This document shows positions 20,040 through 29,198 of a stretch of 32,000 nucleotides of DNA, one piece after another. The position numbers were made by a program, and so were the translations under genes. This stretch comes from Mycoplasmoides genitalium G37 (GTDB taxonomy: Bacteria > Bacillota_I > Bacilli_A > Mycoplasmatales > Mycoplasmoidaceae). The stretch lies in NCBI RefSeq assembly GCF_000027325.1, contig NC_000908.2:120001-152000 (forward strand), in the 5' to 3' direction. The notes under the pieces were generated by a model. The model ran no database searches and was not told where the DNA came from. It saw only the letters and a list, made by a program, of their open reading frames with translations. Position 1 is the stretch's first letter, and the number at the start of each line of letters is the position of its first letter.

Positions 20040-21410
20040 ATGAAATCAGTTACAGTCAAGCAGTTACTACAAACCCCACGAAAATTTAATAACAAGCAGA
20101 TTAAACTATCAGGTTGGGTTAAAAATAAACGTGCTAGTGCTAACATCATCTTTCTAGCAATTAGTGATGGCTCTAGTATTAATACCCTACAAGCAGTAGT
20201 AAAACAAGAAGATAACCCCCAGGTTTTCTCACTGTTACAAACTGTTAATTTAGCAAGTGCTGTTATGGTTTGAGGGGAAATTATCTTAACCCCAAAAGCT
20301 AAACAACCACTGGAGTTGAAATTAAAGCAGGTGAGTTTATTAGCACAAGCAGAGTCTGATTATCCACTGCAAAAAAAAGAACATAGTCAAGAGTTTTTTA
20401 GAAGTAATGCGCATCTAAGAGTAAGAGCAAAAACTTACTTTGCAGTGATGAAAATAAGGAGTGTTTTGTCACACGCAATCTTTGAATACTTCTTTAAAAA
20501 TGATTTTATCTTAGTGCAAAGCCCTATTTTAACTAGTAATGATTGTGAGGGAGCGGGGGAAACATTTGTAATTAAAGATAGTGAAACTTTTTTTAATAAA
20601 ACGACTTTTTTAACAGTAAGTGGCCAGTTTGGAGCAGAAGCTTTTGCGCAAGCATTTAAAAAGGTTTTCACCTTTGGTCCTACTTTCAGAGCTGAAAAAT
20701 CCCATACTAATCGTCATCTTAGTGAGTTTTGGATGATCGAACCTGAAATTGCATTTGCTAACTTAAAAGATTTAATGCAGTTAATACAAAACCTAATTAA
20801 ATTCTTAATTAAAAAAGTGATGGAAAATGCTAGTGATGAACTAAATGTTTTAGCAAAGCAATTTAGCAATGACATTATTAGCAACTTAAAGACAATCATT
20901 AGTACTAAAAAATTTCCAATCATTGAATACAGCAAAGCATTAGCGATTCTAAAGGAATCTAGTGATACAAAAAAAACTAATTTTGAACTAAACGACTTTA
21001 GTTTTGGTATTGACTTAAAAACAGAACATGAACGCTTTTTGTGCGAACAATATTTTCAAAATCAACCGCTTTTTGTTATTAACTATCCAAAGGAGTTAAA
21101 GGCATTTTACATGAAAACAAATACTGACAATAAAACTGTTGCTGCAGTTGATCTTTTATTACCAAAGATTGGTGAGATTTGTGGGGGAAGTGAAAGGGAA
21201 AGTGATTTAAACCAACTTAAGAATAGGTGTCAATCTTTAAACATTGACACAAAAAGTTTGAACTGATATCTTGATATGAGGAAATGGGGTTATTTTGCTA
21301 GTGCAGGTTTTGGTTTGGGCTTTGATAGATTATTAGCTTATATATGTGGATTGGAAAACATCAGAGATGCTATTCCCTTTCCCCGTGTACATGGCACCAT
21401 TAACTTCTAA
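20040..21410 (+). CDS. asnS: Asparagine--tRNA ligase (class IIb)
   Basis: Starts at ATG 20040 (TTG 20037 is adjacent). Track ORFs 20037..20273 and 20316..21266 are joined via TGA 20271, and the frame continues through TGA 21264 to TAA 21408-21410 (456 aa). It has class II motif 2 (FRAEKSHTNRHLSEFWMIE) and motif 3 (GFGLGFDRLLAYI). Confidence 0.95.
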
Positions 21411-22056
21411 ATTCGCTGCTTATAAAAAAAAGATTGCAAACTGGTTAACAGTTTACAGAATTTTTATTGCTTTACCTACTATTATTTTTATTGCTTTAGA
21501 TAATCAACTAGGAGTTTTAGCTAACTTTTCTGTTGGTGCAATTAGCATTAGTTTACAGATCAGTTTATTGATTGGAGGATTTTTGTTTTTAACTGCAGTT
21601 ATATCAGATTATTTAGATGGATATTTAGCAAGAAAATGGCTAGCAGTTTCTAACTTTGGTAAATTATGAGACCCCATTGCTGATAAAGTGATTATCAATG
21701 GTGTTCTTATTGCACTAGCGATTAATGGATATTTTCACTTTAGCTTATTAATTGTTTTTATAGTCCGTGATCTTGTGTTGGATGGAATGCGGATTTATGC
21801 TTATGAGAAAAAGGTGGTTATTGCTGCTAACTGACTTGGAAAATGAAAAACTATCATGCAGATGGTTGGTATTGTTTTTAGTTGTTTTGTTTGGAGTTTT
21901 AAACAAAGTGAAATAGCTTCTTTGAATAGTGGACTGTTCTTTTGATTACTAACTCAACTGCCATATTATTTAGCAGCAGTTTTTTCAATTTGGTCTTTCA
22001 TTGTTTATAACATCCAAATATATCAGCAACTAAAGGCTTATAACTCCAAGTTATAA
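21391..22056 (+). CDS. pgsA: CDP-diacylglycerol--glycerol-3-phosphate 3-phosphatidyltransferase
   Basis: The CDP-alcohol phosphotransferase motif is DYLDGYLARKW...GKLWDPIADK, where the W is TGA 21667. The frame continues through TGA 21832, 21844 and 21943 to TAA 22054-22056. I prefer ATG 21391 (MAPLTSKF...); the track ORF starts at an upstream in-frame ATG 21346 inside asnS. Confidence 0.88.
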
Positions 22057-22080
22057 TCCTTATTAGGCATTGGAATAACT

Positions 22081-22554
22081 TTGTTTGCCAATTTAATAGC
22101 AGAAAAACTCCAAAAGTTACAACTTAGTGTTGCAACAGCTGAATCAGTTACTGGTGGCTTATTAGCTCATTGTTTAACTTCCATTGATGGTGCTTCTAAC
22201 TATTTTAATGGCGGTGTTATTGCTTACAATAACCAAGTTAAGATTAACTTACTGAATGTTCAATCCTCCACAATTGCAAACCATGGGGCAGTTTCCAGTT
22301 TCTGTGCTAGGGAGATGGCAGTTGGGGTTAAACAAAAGTTTCAAGCTGATGTGGGTATTGCTTGCAGTGGGATAGCAGGTAGTAAAGCAGTTGAAAATAA
22401 AGCAATAGGATTACTTTTTTTCTGTATTATTATAGGAAATAAGGCTTATGATTTTGAGTTTGAAATGAACCAAAATAATCGTAAGGATAACATTGAATTA
22501 TTTACCAATAAGATCTTGGAATCTTTCCACTATTTGTTAACAAAGCTAGCTTAA
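22081..22554 (+). CDS. cinA: CinA C-terminal domain protein (PncC-type NMN deamidase family), stand-alone
   Basis: This 157-aa ORF starts at TTG 22081. The sequence ...LSVATAESVTGGLLAHCLTSIDGASNYFNGGVIAYNNQVK...GIACSGIAG is the CinA_C/PncC signature (ESCTGG...GAS..F.GG...Y). There is no MoCF-binding N-terminal domain. Confidence 0.85.
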   Translation: MFANLIAEKLQKLQLSVATAESVTGGLLAHCLTSIDGASNYFNGGVIAYNNQVKINLLNVQSSTIANHGAVSSFCAREMAVGVKQKFQADVGIACSGIAGSKAVENKAIGLLFFCIIIGNKAYDFEFEMNQNNRKDNIELFTNKILESFHYLLTKLA

Positions 22555-22562
22555 TCTAAGTT

Positions 22563-23318
22563 ATGAAACGTACTTTAAATATAGGTATTGTTTTGTGTGA
22601 AAATTTTCTTTCAGACCAACAAAATGCTGTTGATAGTTACACCCAAGTTTATGAAGATGTTAGGATGTTTGAATTTGGGTTAAAACTCTTTCAATCATTA
22701 CCTTTTAACATCCAAGAAACCCTTATATTTTGTAATGCTGAACAACATAAAATAGTTGATAAAGCTGCTAAAAAATACAAAAACACTACTGTGTTTTTTT
22801 CACGTGATACTGATGTAGCTAATGTTTATGAAGCTAAGGTATTTATCCAAGAAAAATACAAATTAACCCAAGATTACAAAAAAAGAGGTGTTAGCTCTTA
22901 TTATGACAGCTGTTGCTTTATCTTAATTGAAGCGAATCGTCCATTAACTGCAATAAAGACAGTTAAAAGTGTTTATGAAAAAGCACTGATAGAAAAAGCA
23001 GCTATTGCAGTATTACCATATAATGGTACACTAATGAATGGTAACAATGATGTTGTCTTTAGCCACTTGCAAGATAAAAATAGGTTTAACTATTGAAAAC
23101 AAAGCAAGGCTTATGAAGTACAATACCCCCAAGCATATACTTTAAATAAACTTAATCAGTTTTCAAAACAGCAATTTCTAAGGGCTAGAAGTATGTTGGA
23201 CTTAATGAAGATTTCTAATAAATCACCCTTAAGTATTGTTGATGGTAGTGCTTATGCTTTTAGGGTTGTTACCAACCTTGATTTTGAAATTTTATTAGGT
23301 ATTTTAAAAAATGGATAA
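22563..23318 (+). CDS. Uncharacterised protein with distant, degenerate IspD/TarI-like nucleotidyltransferase features (251 aa)
   Basis: Track ORF 22563..23096 continues through TGA 23094 to TAA 23316-23318. By eye the segments [29 protein letters not shown] and [14 protein letters not shown] line up with the IspD blocks HDAARP, A.PV.DT, QTPQ.F and iKvT.p.DL. The N-terminal GxGxR nucleotide-binding motif is absent. Confidence 0.75.
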
Positions 23319-23955
23319 AAATATTTTTCAATTAGTACAAAGTTTTGCTAAAACGCAAAATGTGCGAGCTAATTACACCTCACAAGACAAAAATATTAGT
23401 TTAGATTTTGTTAGTTTTGAAACAGTTAGTCAATCACTAACAGGTTTTCTAATTTTTAATAATTTCAATAAATTGTTACAACTAATTGAACTGATAAAAC
23501 AAAAGCAAACATGATTATATGTAGATCAGCTCTGAATTGTTGATCTTTCCAATAACAAAGCCTTAACTGATGCTACTGTTTGGATTATTAAACAAGAAAA
23601 ATTGCCTGTTTCAGTTGCGGCTTTTAGCAACCAACAACTCAACCAAGTTTATCGCAATTCATCCACAAGTCCTTTGTATCTTAGTTATGTCAAACCAATC
23701 GAAGTTCAACAATTTTTTACACTTTCTCCATCCATTAACAATAATCCTTTTTTAAATCAAAATCCTTTAACTGAATCACCATTTGATAACAATAATCAGC
23801 TGTTTCAAGCAACAAAGAGCGTTGAACCTTCAATGGAAACAATGGAATTTTCCCGGTTTATGGATGAATTTGATCAGATTACAAAGAACTTTTCTGATAT
23901 AGAGCTTGAACCTATGCAATTCACCCAAAGTTTTGATGATTGGAGCAAAGACTAG
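23311..23955 (+). CDS. Orphan soluble protein with an N/Q/P-rich acidic C-terminal half (214 aa)
   Basis: Track ORFs 23311..23514 and 23602..23955 share a frame and are joined through TGA 23512 and TGA 23533. The start overlaps the upstream gene by 8 nt, and the end overlaps the galE start by 20 nt. I recognise no motif. Confidence 0.72.
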
Positions 23956-24958
23956 GGTTGCAATAGTTGGCGGGATTGGTTACATAGGTAGTTGTTTTGC
24001 TAGTTTTATCAAAGAACAAAATGATAAGCTAATTGTTACTGTTATTGATAACAACAAAAATAACCATGTAATTAAACTCTTAAAAAAGATTGGAATTGAA
24101 TTCTATTTTGCTGATTTACTAGATAGACATAAGCTAACTGAAGTAATTGCAGCAATTCAACCTGATGTGGTATTTCACTTTGCTGCTAAAACAAGTGTAA
24201 GTGAATCAGTACATAATCCATTGAAGTACTTTGATTGCAATGTAATTGGTACTTTAAACCTAATTAGTGCAATTAGTAACTTACAGAAGCCAATTAAATT
24301 ATTTTTCGCTTCTAGTGCTGCAGTGTATGGTCAAACAACTAATAGTTACATTAGTGAAGAGATTGTAATAACTGAAACACAAGCAACCAATCCTTATGGA
24401 TTGAGTAAGTTTTTAGATGAATTAATCTTAAATGCAGTTGCCAAAAATAGTCAACTACAAGTTGTTTGCTTACGCTTTTTTAATGTGGCAGGTGCAATTC
24501 TGCCATTTGGTAATTTTAATGGTAATACCACGCTTTTAATTCCTAACTTAGTAAAAGCCTTTTTAAAACAAACTCCCTTTTTTTTATATGGCAATGATTA
24601 TGCAACTAAGGATGGTAGTTGCATAAGAGATTACATCCATGTTTATGATATATGTAATGCTCATTTCTTATTATGAAAGTGGTTAAATGATCATCGCCAA
24701 ATTAAATTTGAAACCTTTAACTTGGGGAGTGGGATAGGAACTTCTAATTTAGAAGTTATTGATATTGCTAAAAAAGTGTTTTATCCTAGTAGATTAAATT
24801 TAGAAATTAGACCAAAAAGAAGCTGAGATCCAGCAATTTTAGTAGCAAATGTTGCTAAAGCAAAACAAACCTTTCAATTCAAAATAACGCGTAATTTGAA
24901 AGATATGATAAGTGATGAGCGTAATTTTTATGAGAATTTTTATAATGACGCTTATTAA
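23936..24958 (+). CDS. galE: UDP-glucose 4-epimerase (extended SDR)
   Basis: Starts at ATG 23936 ([19 protein letters not shown]); the track ORF begins at an upstream TTG 23906. The frame continues through TGA 24674 and TGA about 24824 to TAA 24956-24958 (340 aa). Motifs seen are GGIGYIGS (Rossmann), ASSAAVYG, the catalytic YGLSK, and RFFNVAG. Confidence 0.93.
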
Positions 24959-24972
24959 GTGGTGTTTAATTA

Positions 24973-26667
24973 ATGGAAAAAGTTGCCTTCAAAATGGAGC
25001 ATATCTCCAAAAGTTTTGACAATGGCAAAATTAAGGCTAATGTTGATGTTAGCTTAGTTGTTTATGAAAATACTGTCCACACCATTTTGGGGGAGAATGG
25101 TGCAGGAAAATCAACCCTGACTTCGATTTTATTTGGTTTATATAAACCTGATAGTGGCAAGATCTTTATTGGTGAAAAGCAAGTAAATTTTAAATCTTCT
25201 AAAGATGCAGTAAAACATAAAATCGGAATGGTGCACCAGCACTTTAAGTTAATAGAAAACTACACGGTTTTAGATAACATCATTCTAGGGAATGAAAGTA
25301 GGTTTGGGTTTTTACCTTTAATTAATCGTAAAGTAAGTGAAGCAAAGATTAAAACCATCATGGAAAAATATGGAATCTTTGTTGATCTTAAACAAAAAGT
25401 TAGTAACTTAACAGTAGGTCAGCAACAACGGGTTGAGATCCTAAAGGTTTTATTTCGTGATAGTAATATCCTTATCTTTGATGAACCCACTGCAGTTTTA
25501 AGTGATCTTGAAATTCAAAACTTTCTCAAGATTATTGCTAACTTTAAAAAGCTAGGAAAAACAATTGTTTTAATCTCTCATAAATTAAATGAAATTAAAC
25601 AAGTTGCTGATACAGCTACTGTCTTAAGACTTGGCAAGGTAGTTGGTAGTTTTGATGTTAAAACAACACCAGTTGATAAGATTGCGCTTTTAATGATGGG
25701 CAAAGAGTTAAAACAAACTAAAAACACCACAGATTTTGTTGCTAAAGATGAACCTGTTTTAAAAGTTCAAAACCTGAATTTGTTTCTCAATAAATCTTTA
25801 GCATACAAGTTCTTAGTGAGGTGCAATAACATCCATAAAGCCCAACAAATTAAGAAAAATAAACCATTAAAAGACTTATGGATAATTAGTTTTTTAAATA
25901 AACTAACCACCAGTAACAAAACCCCTAAATTAGTAAAAGGCTTGATTAATAAGTTAGGACTTTCCTATCAAGAAAATACAGATGAAACCATTAGTTTTGC
26001 TATCCATAAGGGAGAAATTTTTGCTATTGCTGGGGTTGAGGGTAATGGTCAAAGTCAGCTTGTTAATTTAATTTGTGGAATTGAAAAAGCTGCTAGTAAT
26101 AAGTTAATTTTTAACAATATTGATATCTCAAGATGATCAATTAGAAAACGGATTAATGCTGGGATTAGTTTTGTTTTGGAAGATAGACATAAATATGGCT
26201 TGATCTTAGATCAAACCGTGAGGTTTAATACGGTTAATAACCAGATTAATAACCGTCCTTTTAGTAGTTGAAACTTTTTAAAACCAATGGAGATTGCTCT
26301 TTATAGCAACACTATTATTAAAAAGTTTGATGTTAGGGGCAGTGCTGAGGGTAGTGCTGTTGTAAGAAGACTTTCAGGTGGTAATCAACAGAAACTAATT
26401 ATTGGTCGAGAAATGACCAAACAAAATGACCTTTTGGTGTTAGCACAAGTAACCAGAGGCCTTGATATTGGTGCTATTGCTTTTATCCATGAAAACATCT
26501 TATTAGCTAAAGCTAATAATAAAGCTATCTTATTGGTTTCATATGAACTTGATGAGATCTTAGCACTTGCTGATACAGTGGCTGTTATCAATAAGGGGAG
26601 AATAGTTGGTATGGGAAAAAGAGATTTAATGGATCGCCAATCGATAGGTAGATTAATAATGCAATAA
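24973..26667 (+). CDS. CUT2-type (ribose/galactoside/nucleoside family) ABC transporter ATP-binding protein, tandem NBDs (564 aa)
   Basis: Track ORFs 24973..26136 and 26287..26667 are joined via TGA 26134 and TGA about 26269. NBD1 has [20 protein letters not shown] and [11 protein letters not shown]2 has [18 protein letters not shown] and [12 protein letters not shown]. Confidence 0.93.
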
Positions 26668-26673
26668 AAGACT

Positions 26674-28236
26674 ATGACAATGTGGCAATTTAAAAGTTAC
26701 TTTAAACACCACCTGGTGTTTTGAAAAGACCGATTTTTACATAGCTCTGAGAAACAAATGCAAAGAAGAAGTATCCTCTCTTCAGTGGTTTTGATAATCC
26801 TCTCTTTTCTTATATCGTTTTTACTGATTATTTCAATTCCTGGAGGTAGAGGTGCGAGCTTCTTTGCACTGTTTACTAAGTTATTTTTAGATAACACTAA
26901 TACTGAAAATTTCTTAAGACAGATTGCTATTTATATCCTAGCTGGATTAGCATTTAGTTTCTGTATGAGTGTTGGTATTTTCAACATTGGTATCTCAGGG
27001 CAGATGATGGCTGGAGCCATCTTTGGGTTTTTAATGATTCTCAAGGTGTTTCCAAGTTCATTTCGACCTGGTTTTGGAGGTCAGATTATTACTGTATTAT
27101 TGATGGTAATAGGTAGTGTTAGTGTGGCAGTTGTTGTTGCAACTTTAAAGATTTTTTTCAAGGTTAATGAAGTTGTAAGTGCAATTATGTTGAACTGAAT
27201 TGTAGTGCTTATTAGTGCTTATTTAGTAGAGACTTACATTAAAGATAATAGTGGGGGTACAGCCCAATTCTTTTCCTTACCACTCCCTGATGAATTTGCT
27301 TTATATAACTTCTCTCCTTTAACAAAAAAGTTTGGTTGATTAGCTTCACTTATTATTGCTTTCATTAGTGTTATTATTGTGGCAGTAGTATTAAAATACA
27401 CAGTTTTTGGACACAAATTAAAGTCAATTGGCAGTAGTGTATTTGGTTCTCAGGCAATGGGTTTTAATGTTAGAAAATACCAGTTCTTATCGTTTATTAT
27501 CTCAGGAATTTTATCAGGACTATTAGCAACGGTTGTTTACACTGCATCAACTGAAAAAGTATTGACATTTAACAATGTTGGGGATAGTGCTATTTCAGCA
27601 GTACCAGCTACTGGTTTTGATGGGATTGCGATTGGTTTAATTGCTTTAAATAACCCCTTTAGGATTGTTATTGTTTCTGTTCTTATTGCTTTTGTTAACA
27701 TTGGGGCAAGACCTGCTAATTTAAACCCTAATACTGCTAGTTTAGTTTTAGGAATCATGATGTATTTTGCTGCACTTTATAACCTAATGGTTTACTTTAA
27801 ACCATGAAGATACCTAGTGAAGCTGAACATTGGAAAGATAAATCTCACCACATATGAAACATATGAAAACAAACTAGCTGCTAACCTAGAGTGACTAAGT
27901 TTCCAACGCTTCTTGTCAAAACAGAAAAAAAAGAATGACAAAACTAAATTTAATTGGTTTGATACTAGTTTATTTGAACAATATGCAAAAAACAAACAAG
28001 AAATTGTTCAAGAATACCATCACAATTGTGCAACTAATTTAATTGCTTGGTGATTGAATGCAATCCAAAGTGGCAATATTAAACCTTCAACTACTTTTAA
28101 GTTGGAATTTGTTAATTTTAAACACCAACAGAAGTTTGTATTAAATTGGTTTAAAAATGAAAGTGAATCACTGCGTGATTTCCAATCACAGTTTGAGAGA
28201 ATCAATAAGTTAGTGGAAAGGGAGTTTGTTAAGTAA
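26674..28236 (+). CDS. ABC transporter permease (BPD_transp_2-type) with a long hydrophilic C-terminal extension (520 aa)
   Basis: Starts at ATG 26674. The pieces 26758..27198, 27379..27807 and 28054..28236 share a frame and are joined through six TGA codons (about 26722, 27196, 27337, 27805, 27892, 28051). I checked every codon across 27808-28053 and found no TAA or TAG. Permease motifs seen are NIGISGQMMAG and GFDGIAIGLIALNNP. Confidence 0.88.
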
Positions 28237-28238
28237 CA

Positions 28239-29159
28239 ATGTTAAGTTTAGCACAATTAGAAAGTTGGTTTTTTATCGCTCCAGCACTGCTTTTAGCAGT
28301 ATTGAGTGGTTATCTCGCTGAACGCGTTGGGATCATTAATATTGCTATTAATGGTGGAATGGTGTTTGGTGGGTTATTTATGGCACTCTTATCGTATGGA
28401 TTTACAAATAACTTAAATCAATCCGCTCCCTCCTGATCACTATTTATCACCATTCCCTTATCAGTTTTATTTAGTAGTGTTATAGGTTGTTTATTTGCAC
28501 TAGCAGCAGTTAAGTTAAGAGCAGATCATGTTATTGTGGGAACTGGGATTAACTTGTTGGCTAGCGGAATTACCCTTTTTATTAGTCAGAATGCTGCTAG
28601 TTTGTTTTCCGATACTACCTTAAGAGTAAGGTACTTATTTCCCATCCAAACTACTGTTAGTATAGAAGCAATTGGTGTGTTTGTTTTTAGTTTACTTCTG
28701 ATTGGGTTTGTATGGTACTTGATGAGTTTTACTAAAACTGGGTTGAGATACCGTGCGGTAGGTGAGAATCCTAATGTAATTGATACCCAAGGGATTAGTG
28801 TTTACAAATACCAATGGATAGGCGCAATTTGTTCAATGATGGTAGCTGGATTGAGTGGTAGTTTGTTTGTTTTAAGTGTTTCTAACTTTCCCTTTAACAG
28901 CGGAGATGTAAATGGCTTGGGTTTTATTGCTATTGCCATTATGATTATCTCAATGTGAAGAATTATCCCTAGCATCTTTATTGGGTTAATCTTTGCATAT
29001 GCCTATGTTTTTACCAATAGTCAAATAGGATCTAATAGTAATTCCTACTTGTTAAGAACGATCCCTTTCATCATCTCATTACTAGTAATGTTGTTATTTG
29101 GTTTTCTTAATGTTGCCCCAAAAAATATAGGTAAACATTTTGACAAGGGTTTAAGATAA
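28239..29159 (+). CDS. ABC transporter permease (second membrane subunit, 306 aa)
   Basis: ATG 28239 lies 2 nt after the upstream stop. Track ORFs 28239..28436 and 28536..28958 are joined via TGA 28434, and the frame continues through TGA 28956 to TAA 29157-29159. The motif INIAINGGMVFGG (iNiG.EG.m) is present, with multiple TM helices. Confidence 0.88.
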
Positions 29160-29198
29160 ACAAAAACCTTATTTATAGTTAAGTAAGTAGTTTTATTA

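Noticed and set aside
21346-21390. The track shows longer N-terminal extensions: pgsA from ATG 21346, galE from TTG 23906, pgi from GTG 18106 and asnS from TTG 20037.
   Set aside because: The extra residues lie inside the upstream gene and carry no family-conserved sequence. Downstream ATGs give N-termini that align with the family starts, such as [19 protein letters not shown] for galE. These remain possible but are less likely.
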